From positions 1 to 28,095 of the forward strand of contig CBDUYR010000036.1 of the NCBI GenBank assembly GCA_965371515.1: a stretch of 28,095 nucleotides of DNA. Direction: 5' to 3'. Source of the stretch: an uncultured bacterium. Its GTDB lineage: Bacteria; Krumholzibacteriota; Krumholzibacteriia; Krumholzibacteriales; Krumholzibacteriaceae. The translations under genes and the position numbers were made by a program. Below, piece after piece: positions 8,197 to 18,100 of the stretch. Position 1 is the first letter of the stretch. The number at the start of each line of letters is the position of its first letter. Under the pieces are notes generated by a model, which worked only from the letters and a program-made list of their open reading frames with translations, had not been told where the DNA came from and did no database searches.

Positions 8197-8808
8197 ATGC
8201 GTAGATTTTTCGGTCTATTCTGCCTGGTAATCGTTATGGTAGCGGCCGGATGTGATTCGGACGAAACTATAACCGGTGAAATCCCGATCGCTGATATCGA
8301 CGGCCTTCGCGTCGAGCTTCCCTGCATTGGAACCGGCACAGCCGATGTTAACTGCGCGACGCCAGACGCCGACGAGGGATCTACTACGATCGACGGCGAG
8401 GACGGGACGACGTATAATGTGACGATCAGACTTCGTGGCCTGGTAGAACAGAAGACGTATACCGACTATACCAACCAGGACGGGATGTGGGTCGAGGGGG
8501 GAGCTCCCGACGGGGGTTCGTTCAACATCTTCAGGCTCCATGTCTCCTCGCCGGAAATAATCTATTACCTGAATGCCGGATCCTCGTACATCGACGAGTG
8601 CTTCGTGCTCGATATCGAGAAGACGATAGTGATGAATCACGGCGCTACGCTGACGCTGCTGGCCGATGCGGGAGGAGACGCCCTCTCTACGAAAAACAGG
8701 GACGACAACGGAGATCCGATCGTCGTCAACGGAGTGCCTCCATACCCGTACCCGTTCGACGGACAGTTTGTGCAGCTGGACATCGTAGACGTTACGATCA
8801 ATCACTGA
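8197..8808 (+). CDS. Hypothetical lipoprotein
   Basis: Signal peptide with lipobox AAGC-D; strong RBS AAGGAGG; acidic beta-rich mature part. Confidence 0.8.
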   Translation: MRRFFGLFCLVIVMVAAGCDSDETITGEIPIADIDGLRVELPCIGTGTADVNCATPDADEGSTTIDGEDGTTYNVTIRLRGLVEQKTYTDYTNQDGMWVEGGAPDGGSFNIFRLHVSSPEIIYYLNAGSSYIDECFVLDIEKTIVMNHGATLTLLADAGGDALSTKNRDDNGDPIVVNGVPPYPYPFDGQFVQLDIVDVTINH

Positions 8809-8847
8809 GCGATAATGTAGTTGTAGAGGCCTGAAGCCCGGGAGGGG

Positions 8848-9888
8848 CTACTTCGAGAACTCCGCGGCGAGCGCCCAGTAGGGGTCGGTCACTGGGTGCT
8901 CGAGGTCCGATTCTTCGCCGTTGTGGACGATCGTGAGGCCATCGCTCCCGGGGACTATCTCTCCGCAGACTGCTCCTGGAATGCTGTTTTCTTCGAGAGC
9001 TGTCACCAGTTCGTCCGCCTCATCCGCGGCGACGACCGCTATGAGGGTTCCCTCGCTTATAGCGCTTAACATATCGAATTCGAACAGATCGGCAGTCTTC
9101 TGCACAACGGGCTGGACCGGTATGAGGTCCTGCTCGATCCGCAGGCCGTAGGAACCGGCCCTGGCCATCTCGTGCAGCCCGCCGAGTATCCCGCACTCGG
9201 TCGCATCGTGCATGACGTGCACTCCGGGAAACTCTCTCGCGATGATGCAGTCGTCGAGGACTGACATCTGCTCGAAGACACCCGCGGCGTCTCTCTGGAA
9301 ATCCTCGCCGCCTGCCGATACAAACTTCCCGGGGAAGAGCACGGCAAGCAGTCCTGTGGCCTCGATCGCCGGTCCCTTTGTGATAACGATCCTGTCCCCG
9401 ACAGCGGCCCTGTGGGGCCCCCTCAGATCGGCTTCATCGCCGATGGCAATGGCAGTTGCTCCTCCGACCATGGGATAATTGCAACCGGTATACCGCGCGG
9501 TATGCCCCGTAACGATGCTTATCCCGTACTTTACCGATTCCTCGTGTACGGCGTTCCACATCTCTTCGATCTGTTCCTCTGTCATCTCCGGCGGCAGGTT
9601 GAGGTCGATGGCGAGATGCTTCGGGGGAAGCCCCGAGACAGCCACATCGCAGAAGATGATATGGAATGCGAACCAGGCGGCCCTGTCGAATCCGAATGCC
9701 GGGACGATGAAGAAAGGATCGGTCGACATGGCGATTGCCTGCCCGCCGACACGGATCACGCCGTAATCGACGCCGTGGCGCGGGCCGATGATGATGTCAT
9801 CGTCAGTGACTCCGAGCCGCGGGTAGATCACGCGATCGAAGAACTGTGGGTGGATCTTGCCGAGTTCGGGAAGTTTTTCCTGGTTCAT
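8848..9888 (-). CDS. AIR synthase (PurM)-superfamily protein, ThiL/HypE-related; probable thiamine salvage kinase
   Basis: GVDYGVI, MSTDP, CDVAVSG, IVTGHT, GDRIVITKG, MHDATECG..GGL.E.A, SEGTL; no HypE C-terminal PRIC; TPP riboswitch directly upstream. Confidence 0.85.
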   Translation of the reverse strand: MNQEKLPELGKIHPQFFDRVIYPRLGVTDDDIIIGPRHGVDYGVIRVGGQAIAMSTDPFFIVPAFGFDRAAWFAFHIIFCDVAVSGLPPKHLAIDLNLPPEMTEEQIEEMWNAVHEESVKYGISIVTGHTARYTGCNYPMVGGATAIAIGDEADLRGPHRAAVGDRIVITKGPAIEATGLLAVLFPGKFVSAGGEDFQRDAAGVFEQMSVLDDCIIAREFPGVHVMHDATECGILGGLHEMARAGSYGLRIEQDLIPVQPVVQKTADLFEFDMLSAISEGTLIAVVAADEADELVTALEENSIPGAVCGEIVPGSDGLTIVHNGEESDLEHPVTDPYWALAAEFSK

Positions 9889-9892
9889 GCTT

Positions 9893-9992
9893 GCTCCCTC
9901 CGCAGGTCCTGGCCTGATCAGGTTCGACGGGTCCCCGGATCTCCTCCAGGTTCTCAGCCCCGGTATAGTCTCGTCATGGGCTCCCCGGTTTG
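9893..9992 (-). ncRNA. TPP riboswitch (THI element)
   Basis: Minus strand: CCGGGGAGCCC...GGGGCTGAGA-(P3a CCTGGA/TCCGGG)-GACCCGTCGAACCTGATCAGG-CCAGGA-CCTGCGGAGGGAG; conserved UGAGA, ACCUGAU and GCGnAGGGA elements in the correct order and pairing. Confidence 0.93.
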
Positions 9993-10004
9993 TGTTTCAA
10001 CGTG

Positions 10005-10033
10005 ATGATATTGCAGGGAAAACGGACTGTCAA
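10005..10033 (-). promoter_or_regulatory. sigma70 promoter driving the TPP riboswitch/PurM-like gene
   Basis: Minus strand TTGACA-17 nt-TATCAT; predicted start a few nt before the aptamer. Confidence 0.75.
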
Positions 10034-10184
10034 CAGGACTGTTCCCTGAATCTGGATGACGGGAAATGGTTTGTGCGGATGGACGCGGAGGCGGCAGGAC
10101 GCTGCAGCTTCACGGCCGACATCACCGGCAGTGCTTTCGATAGGTGTCCGTCCGGAACCAGGCCTGCTGGAATGACGTTAACCG

Positions 10185-10739
10185 CTAGAACCTGAAGCCG
10201 ATATTAACGAGTCGTATGATCGGCAGGCCGGCATTTGCGTCCTCGAGGTCGCCGCCGAAGTATCGGACCGCGCCTAAGCCCATGCTGACGGCGAATCTGT
10301 GCGTTTCGCCGAGGAGCCAGGTGTAACCGACGTCCATGCCGAATCCGTAGGTGGTTCCCTTTTCAGAGATATCCGTGACCGAATTCTTAATCTCCACACT
10401 GTATATACCCAGCCTGCCGCCGAAATAAAATCCTCCGGGCGCTTTTCCCGAGGGGTAGTATCTGTAAAACAGGCTGCCGCCGGCGTAGGTCTCTTCGTCG
10501 ATTTTGTCGTCGTCTTCGAATGTGACATATGATCCGGCGAATCCCACGGTGCCGTTTTTCGCGACCCTCAGTTCGTACTCGATGTTGTACCAGTTGAAGA
10601 GGAAGAGGAAGGGATTGGTCGTGATCAGGTGCCTGTAAGAATCAATGCCTGTCTCCTGATCCTGAGCGGCGACGGGTACACTCATGAAGACCATAACGAG
10701 AATCAATCCGAAAACCGAAAGACAATGCGTTCTGTTCAT
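10185..10739 (-). CDS. Small outer-membrane beta-barrel protein (DUF3575-like)
   Basis: Signal peptide ending VAA; ITTNPF...NIEYE, YRYYP, GFYFGGR, DVGYTWL, terminal NIGFRF (aromatic C-terminus); start ATG 10739 after AAAGGCGGAG. Confidence 0.75.
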   Translation of the reverse strand: MNRTHCLSVFGLILVMVFMSVPVAAQDQETGIDSYRHLITTNPFLFLFNWYNIEYELRVAKNGTVGFAGSYVTFEDDDKIDEETYAGGSLFYRYYPSGKAPGGFYFGGRLGIYSVEIKNSVTDISEKGTTYGFGMDVGYTWLLGETHRFAVSMGLGAVRYFGGDLEDANAGLPIIRLVNIGFRF

Positions 10740-10868
10740 GGCATCTCCGCCTTTCATTCAGCCTTGAAATCCTGCCCCTCCCGAGTCGATATTCCATCCT
10801 TAATGGAAGCGTCTTCGTTATGTCAAGGCATATGACGGTCCGTCTGTATCTTGGCGAAAAACGGAAGG

Positions 10869-12095
10869 TCATTTGAATTCGACGAAGTCGAAATCGTCCC
10901 AGTCGATCTCGATCTCCTCGCCCGAGTCGAGGATAACGAAGATTCCCTTGTTGTCGTCGTCGACATCGTTCGATCCCTTGACCTTGAACTCGTGGCCGTC
11001 CCACAGGGTGATTATGGCCGAGCAGCAGCCCTTGCGCCGGATCGTGCTGATATTTCCCAGCTCGATGTCCATCTCGACACCCCTGAACTCGGTGTCGATG
11101 ATCTCCCAGGTGTATTCCTCGTCGTCGTCCCACCGGATGTGGCCCGTATACGACTCTCCCGAATCGGTGTGTACAGTTCCTTCGAGAAGCTTGCCGCCGT
11201 CAAAACGGTTGTACTCGACCGGGGCAGACGATTCCTCGAAATCGATGCGGTCGAACTCGTCCCAGCCGACCTTGACTACGCCGAAGTCTTCGACGAAGAT
11301 GGAAATTCCCCTGTTGGAGCTGTTTACGTCGTTAGTGCCTTTCAGCGTGAGCTCGTCACCATTCTTCATGGTGACTCGCGCGCTGCTCGAACTGCGGCGC
11401 TCGATCGCTCTGATCTTGCCGAAGGGGATCTCGCGGTCGCGGCTGCGATGCTCGCCGTCCAGGATGTCGCCTGTAAGCACCTCGTCGGCGTCCCAGCAGA
11501 CCCACCCGGTGAATGTGTCGCCCTTGCGAGTCGTAAGTGTCCCGTAGAGCCTGTCTCCGAAGTCCGAATAGACCTCGTATCCCCCCTGGCTGAATTCGAT
11601 CCGGTCGATGTCCTCCCAGTCGAGTTCGATCTCGCCTTCGTCGGGATCCTCCACGATTATACCGCGGATGTTGTCGCCGATGTCGGTCGAGCTGGCCTTG
11701 ACTTCCATTTCCTCGCCCGACTTGAAGATAAGCAGGGCGGCATCGTCTTCGATAAACTCGATTGCCTCGAGGTGGCCGAACGCTACAGTGCACTGAGCAG
11801 ACATGTTATAGCTGCCTTTTGTTCTCACCTTACCGATGCGTACGCCGAAAATGTAGATCGATTTGACGTGCTCATCGTCCTTGTGCCTGCGCCTGGTGAG
11901 CTCGAGCTCCTTCGTACAGTCGATCATGTCGACCCACGACGCCTCGTTCGAGTCCCACCTGATAAGGCCCTCGTACTTGTCCCCATCCGATGTGATCACC
12001 CGGCCGTGGATCCTTCCCCGCCCGTCGGCAAACGAGGGAGAGGCCGCCGTTACGGCGAGGACGAGGATTGCGCCTATCGTCAGGATCTTGTTCAT
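10869..12095 (-). CDS. Secreted hypothetical protein made of three tandem ~110-150 aa repeats
   Basis: Signal peptide ending SFA; motif G.(V/L).T..G..(Y/F).G.(I/V).WD..E and W..(I/F)D.(I/V).F each occur three times; ATGA overlap with RND stop; GGAGGT RBS. Confidence 0.85.
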   Translation of the reverse strand: MNKILTIGAILVLAVTAASPSFADGRGRIHGRVITSDGDKYEGLIRWDSNEASWVDMIDCTKELELTRRRHKDDEHVKSIYIFGVRIGKVRTKGSYNMSAQCTVAFGHLEAIEFIEDDAALLIFKSGEEMEVKASSTDIGDNIRGIIVEDPDEGEIELDWEDIDRIEFSQGGYEVYSDFGDRLYGTLTTRKGDTFTGWVCWDADEVLTGDILDGEHRSRDREIPFGKIRAIERRSSSSARVTMKNGDELTLKGTNDVNSSNRGISIFVEDFGVVKVGWDEFDRIDFEESSAPVEYNRFDGGKLLEGTVHTDSGESYTGHIRWDDDEEYTWEIIDTEFRGVEMDIELGNISTIRRKGCCSAIITLWDGHEFKVKGSNDVDDDNKGIFVILDSGEEIEIDWDDFDFVEFK

Positions 12096-15000
12096 ACCGA
12101 TAACCTCCGTTCATGTTCGGTGGGCGATGACTGCGTGCCCTTTGCCTTTGCGATCACCCTGCGCGACCAGTTTCTCAAGTCGTCGAGCAGTGAGTATATG
12201 GTAGGCAGGACGAGCAGTGTGATCACCGTTGAGAATGTTAACCCGCCGACTATGGCTCGCGCCATGGGATAATACGGGGGGCCGTTTCCGCCTATTTCGG
12301 TTGTTACTATGCATAGCGGCACGAGGCTGAGCACCGTCGTGCCCGCGGTCATCAGAATCGGGCGCAGGCGGTCGCGCCCGGCCCGCACTATGGCATCGTG
12401 CCGGGACAGGCCTCTGCTGCGCAGATGATTGATGTGATCGACAAGAACGATGCCGTTGTTGACGACGACACCGATGAGTATCAGTATGCCTATCATTCCC
12501 ATGATCGACATCTTCGTTCCGGTGAACAGGTAAAACCAGTAGACGCCGACGATGGAGAATAATATCTGTGTCCAGATGGCGGTGGGGAAGAGGATGGATT
12601 CGAACAGCGAGGCCATCACGAAGTAGATCAGCACCAGCGCGAGCAGGAGATTTATCAACATCGTCTGGAGGGCCTCCTGCTCGTGATCGAAGCTCTCTCC
12701 AAAATTCCAGGAGTATCCTGCGGGGAAATTGTATTTTCCGAGCACGCCGGAGATCAATTTCTGCGCATCTCCTTTTGTGACGTCGGTCAGATTTGCGGTC
12801 ACTCCCAGCGATGTTGTCCTGTTCTCGCGAGAGATGTTGCGCGGTCCTCGGCGAATCCGGAAATCGGCCAGCGAGGCGAGTTTTACGGTCCTGCCGTTTC
12901 TCGCGTGGAGAGGGAGGTTCTTCAGCTGGTCGAGCGTCTCCCTGTCTTTTTCCTGGAATTCGAGGCGGATATCGATTTCGCCCGATTCACCATGGAATTT
13001 CCTCAGATTGACGCCACGCATCGCAGCCGAGATGACGCTGGCGATCTCACGCGTTGTGAATCCGTACTGCCTGGCTCTCTGGCGGTCGACCACTATCTGG
13101 ACTTCCTTTTCGCCGATCTCTGCCTCGGAGCGAACGTCGGAGAATCCGGGGATCTGACCGAGGCTCCAGGCGACATCACGCGAGAGCTCTGACAGTCTCT
13201 CGCTCGACTTGCCGGTGAGCTGAACACGGATCGATGTCCCGCCGCCGCCCTGGTTGCGCCAGGTGAAAGATGGGTTGGCGATTGCCAGTTTCGGCAATCC
13301 TTCTTTTATCTCTTCCTTGATCTCCTTGGTCGATTTTTTTGTCCCATTGCCTTTTACCAGAAGGATCGTCGACATCGCGTAGTCGTTCTGGAAGTAGCTG
13401 TAGACTGATTCAATTTCGAACTTATCCTGATTCTCGAAGAGATACTTTTCGTATTCGGTGACTGCCGCCTCGACCTTCTCGACGGTATAGCTGCCGTTGA
13501 TGTGATAATGAAGCCTTATACGCCTGTCCTCCGGTTCGTCAAACATCTCCATCTGTACAAACTTCATCGGAATGGCGATGCTCAGGAGAAGACCAATAAT
13601 AATTCCAACGGTTGCCTTTCGGTGCCGCATCGTCCATTCGAGGGCGCCGGCGTATCTCCTGATAAGTTTGTCGATGACGGTCTTTTTCGTCATCGGTTTC
13701 GGCGGTCTGATCTTCGACGAGAGCAACGGCACGATCGTCTGTGCGAGGAGCAGGGAGACGCCGAGCGCTATACAGATCGTGATCCCGACATGCTTGAGGT
13801 ATATCGATATATCATTGTTTGCCCCTACGATGTTGGGGAGGAAGACTATCGCGGTTGTCATGGTCCCCGCCGTGATCGCCAGCGAGACCTCGCTGACGCC
13901 GGTGTTGATCGATTCCGTCGAATGTGGATCTGCGAGCTGATGACGGTGTATGCTCTCGGTCACAACGACGGCATTGTCCACCAGCATGCCAATAGCGAGC
14001 ATCAGTCCCATCATCGACAGGATGTTCAGCGTCAGTCCGCTGAAATACATGAACGTCAAGGTGATCATCAGCGACAATGGTACGGCAAGAGCGACGATAA
14101 ATGTCGTGATGAGGCGCCTCAGAAAAAAGAAAAGGATGAGGACGGCAAGCGAGCCGCCCACCAGTCCCGCCTTCAGCACCTCGTTCAGTGAGCTGGTGAC
14201 TCCCTCGGCGAGGTTGTCCATGTAGTAGATGGTGATCCCCTCCATCTCGGGGATCTTTTTGATCTTTTCGATCTCCTCGACGATCCAGTCGGTCACCTCG
14301 ACGAGATTCGCGCCGCCTTCCTTGAAGACGTTTAGGCCGATCGCGTACTTCTGGTTCAGGTGCCTTCCGTAGTTCTGCTCCGGCTTCTCGTAAGTGATCG
14401 TGGCGATGTCGTTCAGCCTCAGATTGTGCTCACCGACGACGACTTGCCCGATGTCGTCGATCGACTGGAACTCCCCGACCGGCCTTACGACGAATCGCTG
14501 GTTGTGGTCGGTTATCTTCCCGGCCGTCACCATGAAGTTGCTGCGGCGGAGAATCTGCGAGAGACGCCCGATGTCGATCCCGTGCTCGATGATCCTGTCA
14601 GCCGACAGTTTTATCCGGATCTCCTTCTTCTCGACGCCGTACAGATCGACCTTGGAGACGCCCTCGATCCTTTCTATTCGTCTCTTCACGTTTCTGTTGA
14701 GCATGTCGTAGGCGTTTGAGAGGTCGCGGTTGCTCGAGATCCTAAGAGTGAGGATCTCCATGTCGGCTGTGGACCATTTCCTGATAAAGAACCGTTCGAG
14801 ATCATCGGGGAAGAGGTGCCTGATTCCCTCGAGCTTTTCCTTTGCCTCGAGGGCCTTGACGTCGGTGTCGACGCCCCAGTCGAAATTCAGGCGGATCCAC
14901 GCGCCGCCGCTATGAGAGTTTGACTCCATCCTCTTGATCCCGCTGATTGTGGCGATGACCTCCTCGGCGGGCCGCGTGATCTGACGCTCTATCTCCTCGG

Positions 15001-15166
15001 GGGTCGAGCCGGGGTAGGGGATGTCGACAAAGATGAACGGCGCGTCGAGATCGGGGAAGAATTCCAGAGGCAGCAACTTCGCCGATATTACGCCGAGTAC
15101 GATGAAGCAGACGAAGACCATCAGTGTAGTCACCGGTCTGCGGAGTGATGCCCGGGTGAGGTTCAT
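12092..15166 (-). CDS. RND efflux permease (AcrB/AcrD/AcrF family), second subunit
   Basis: RRPVTTLM, GMLVDNAVVVTESI, GVVVNNGIVLVD, RLRPILMT; 1024 aa with 12-TM layout. Confidence 0.95.
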   Translation of the reverse strand: MNLTRASLRRPVTTLMVFVCFIVLGVISAKLLPLEFFPDLDAPFIFVDIPYPGSTPEEIERQITRPAEEVIATISGIKRMESNSHSGGAWIRLNFDWGVDTDVKALEAKEKLEGIRHLFPDDLERFFIRKWSTADMEILTLRISSNRDLSNAYDMLNRNVKRRIERIEGVSKVDLYGVEKKEIRIKLSADRIIEHGIDIGRLSQILRRSNFMVTAGKITDHNQRFVVRPVGEFQSIDDIGQVVVGEHNLRLNDIATITYEKPEQNYGRHLNQKYAIGLNVFKEGGANLVEVTDWIVEEIEKIKKIPEMEGITIYYMDNLAEGVTSSLNEVLKAGLVGGSLAVLILFFFLRRLITTFIVALAVPLSLMITLTFMYFSGLTLNILSMMGLMLAIGMLVDNAVVVTESIHRHQLADPHSTESINTGVSEVSLAITAGTMTTAIVFLPNIVGANNDISIYLKHVGITICIALGVSLLLAQTIVPLLSSKIRPPKPMTKKTVIDKLIRRYAGALEWTMRHRKATVGIIIGLLLSIAIPMKFVQMEMFDEPEDRRIRLHYHINGSYTVEKVEAAVTEYEKYLFENQDKFEIESVYSYFQNDYAMSTILLVKGNGTKKSTKEIKEEIKEGLPKLAIANPSFTWRNQGGGGTSIRVQLTGKSSERLSELSRDVAWSLGQIPGFSDVRSEAEIGEKEVQIVVDRQRARQYGFTTREIASVISAAMRGVNLRKFHGESGEIDIRLEFQEKDRETLDQLKNLPLHARNGRTVKLASLADFRIRRGPRNISRENRTTSLGVTANLTDVTKGDAQKLISGVLGKYNFPAGYSWNFGESFDHEQEALQTMLINLLLALVLIYFVMASLFESILFPTAIWTQILFSIVGVYWFYLFTGTKMSIMGMIGILILIGVVVNNGIVLVDHINHLRSRGLSRHDAIVRAGRDRLRPILMTAGTTVLSLVPLCIVTTEIGGNGPPYYPMARAIVGGLTFSTVITLLVLPTIYSLLDDLRNWSRRVIAKAKGTQSSPTEHERRLSV

Positions 15167-15178
15167 ATCCAGATCTTT

Positions 15179-18100
15179 CTATTTCTTCCTGTCGAATAGT
15201 GTGTAGACGACAGGTATAACTATCAGCGTGAGAAGAGTCGAAACGGTCAGCCCTCCGATGACGGTGATCGCCATAGGGGCTCTGACCTCTGCGCCCTCTC
15301 CTATCCCTATCGCGAGAGGGAGGAGGCCCAGTGCAGTCGTGAGCGTTGTCATCAGGATCGGGCGCAGCCTCGACTTGCCGCCCTCGAGTATCGCGGAGAT
15401 CTTGTCCATCCCGCTCTCACGGAGCTGGTTAATCAGGTCGATCAGCACGATCGCGTTATTCACCACAATTCCTGCCAGGAGTATAAGCCCGATGAATACA
15501 ACGACGCTTATCGTCGATCCGGTGATGTACAGGGCCCATACCGCTCCGATCAGCGCGAGAGGAATGGTGAACAGGATCACGAACGGGTGGAGGAACGACT
15601 CAAACTGCGATGCCATGACAAGGTATACGAGGAACACGGCGAGGAGGAGGGCAAACTGGAGCGACCTGAACGACCTGGTCATTTCCTGGTTCTGCCCGGC
15701 GATCCTCACGCCGAGACCGGCCGGCATCGGAATGCCAGCGATGATTCCGTTGATCTCCTCGGCAGCCGTACCCAGGTCGCCGTAGTTGAGGTTGGCCGAC
15801 ACGAGAGCCACGCGCTCCTGGTCTACGCGCCTGATCTCGCCCGGTCCGGTGTCGAGCGTGATGTCAGCGACCGCTTCGAGCGTCACGGGCCGCTCGCTCT
15901 CGGGGTTTATGATGAGCTTGCGGATCTTGTCGACCGAGTTCCTGTCAGATTCCTTCGCGCGTACGAGGATGTCGATCTTCCTGTCGCGCCATGAGTATTG
16001 CGAGGCGACATCGCCGCGGACCTTGCTCACGACCCGTTCGGCAATCTCGTAGACCTGGAAGCCGAGGGAGGCGGCCTTCTCGCGGTCGAACTTTATCTGT
16101 ATCTCGGGATGCCCCGATTTCATAGTCGATTTCACGTCTGCGAAGCGGGAATTCGCCTCGAGCTTCGAGGCTATCTCGTTGCTTACCTTTCTCAGGCTCC
16201 GTAGATCGTAGCCAGCGACCTCGATTTCGACGGGAGTCTTGAACGTGAACAGAGTCGGCCTCGAGAACTTGTACTGGAGGTCGGGGACCGCCTGGAGATC
16301 ATTCCTCATCAGGCCCATCACGCGGTCCTCGTCCTCGCGCATGGCGCCTGGGTGGAGGACGACACTCAGCTCGCCCCAGTTCTCACCGCCCTGCTCGGGA
16401 TTGGCGTCCATCCTGTTGCCAGTGCCTGCGACGGAGAAGATCGTCTTGATGTCGGCGATTTCGGATGAGGCATTCTGGACGCTCTTGATCGCCCGATCGG
16501 TTACCTCGAGAGGAGTGCCGGGGGAAAGGCGGAACTCGACGCGGAACTCTCCCTGCGAAAGCTGCGGGATCAGTTCGACGCCAAGCTTCGGTACGAGGAG
16601 CATCGTCGCACCGAAGAGGACAAGCGCGACGGCAATGACTCTGCCCTTGTTGTCGAGGGACCAGGCAAGCATGCCGGAGTACGATTTCTCGACGGCGGTG
16701 TATCCCTTCGTGAACAGCTTCAGCAGGGGATTGATGAGGATCATGACGATCCTCGATATGCTCCTGACAATCCCTATGACAAGCCTGGTGAGGAATACGG
16801 GGATCGTCATGAAGATTACCCTGCCGGCAGATCTCATCCAGCGCCCGACGCGTCTCTTCGGTTCCTTTTTCGGCGCCGGCTCGACGGGCGGTTCCTTCTT
16901 CGCCTGCAGGGAAGCAAGCATGGGAATCAGCGTCAGCGCAACGACGAGCGAGGCGAGCAGGGCGAACGTCACGGTGAGCGCCTGGTCTCTGAAGAGTTGT
17001 CCCGAGATTCCCGAGACGAAAACGAGGGGCAGGAACACGGCTACGGTGGTCAGGGTGGATGCTGTGACGGCCTTATCGACCTCGCCGGCCCCGTCGCGGG
17101 CAGCGTCCAGGACGCTCTTTCCCATCGCCCGGTGCCGCGAGATGTTTTCCAGCACAACGATCGAATTGTCCAGAAGCATTCCTATGCCGAGCGCTATGCC
17201 GCCGAGCGACATTATGTTCAGCGTCAGGTCGGCGCCGTACATCAGATTGAATGTCGCTATTACCGATACCGGTATCGAGAGAGATATGATGACGGTCGCC
17301 CAGAAATTCTGGAGGAAGAGGTAGAGGATGATGATTGCGAGGATGCCTCCGATAACCGCTGCCCGTATAACTTCGTTGATCGCCTGCCGTATGAACGTCG
17401 ATTGATCGTAGACCTTGACGAGCCTGTAACCCTCGGGGAGGATCTGTCTGGCGCGACCGAGATGTTTCTCGACTTCGCGCGCCACGGCGACCGCGTTCGC
17501 GTCGCCTTCCTTGTATATCGCGATCTCGACCGCCTCGCGGCCGTCGAGTCTCGTGATCGCCTCACGTTCCTTGTATCCGTGCCTGACTGTCGCGATGTCG
17601 CGCAGGTAGATCGGCTTGCCGTCTTTCGTGGAGACGATGATGTCGGCGATCTCCTCGATCGATTCGAACTGGTTCAGCGTCCTGACAAGGAACTGCTGCG
17701 TTCCCTCCTCTAGCCTTCCGCCGGAGAGGTTGACGTTCTCCGACTCGATCTGCGAGGCGAGGTCTCCGATCGGCAGGTCGAGTTGAGCGAGGCGCTGCTG
17801 GTCGACGAATATCTGTATCTCGTCCTCGAGTCCGCCGCTGACCTTGACGGCGGCGACACCGAGCGATGCCTCCAGCTCTTTCTTGACCTCCTCCTCGGCG
17901 AACCGTCGGAGGTATTTCAACTCTTCCTCGTCGAACCACTCGCCGGAAGTCCCGGCGCTGTCCGCGTCCGCGTCCTTTTCCCTGTAGAAACCGAATCGCA
18001 TGACCGGATCGAGTGAGGGGTCGAAGCGGAGCAGAGAGGGACGTTCGACGTCGAGCGGCAGCTCAAGTGCGTCGAGCTTCTCGCGCACGTCGAGGCTTGC

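Noticed and set aside
8848..9888. Annotation as hydrogenase maturation HypE or selenophosphate synthetase SelD
   Set aside because: No C-terminal PRIC, no N-terminal Cys/Sec motif, no hyp or sel neighbours; TPP riboswitch points to thiamine
10798..10826. TTGACA upstream of the DUF3575-like gene (minus strand)
   Set aside because: No convincing -10 at 16-18 nt; gene may be read through from the RND operon
10851..12272. 473-aa plus-strand ORF, and similar long antisense ORFs (6056-6994, 16239-17324, 18520-19449, 24414-25250)
   Set aside because: Shadow ORFs opposite well-supported genes in GC-rich DNA, with no recognisable motifs
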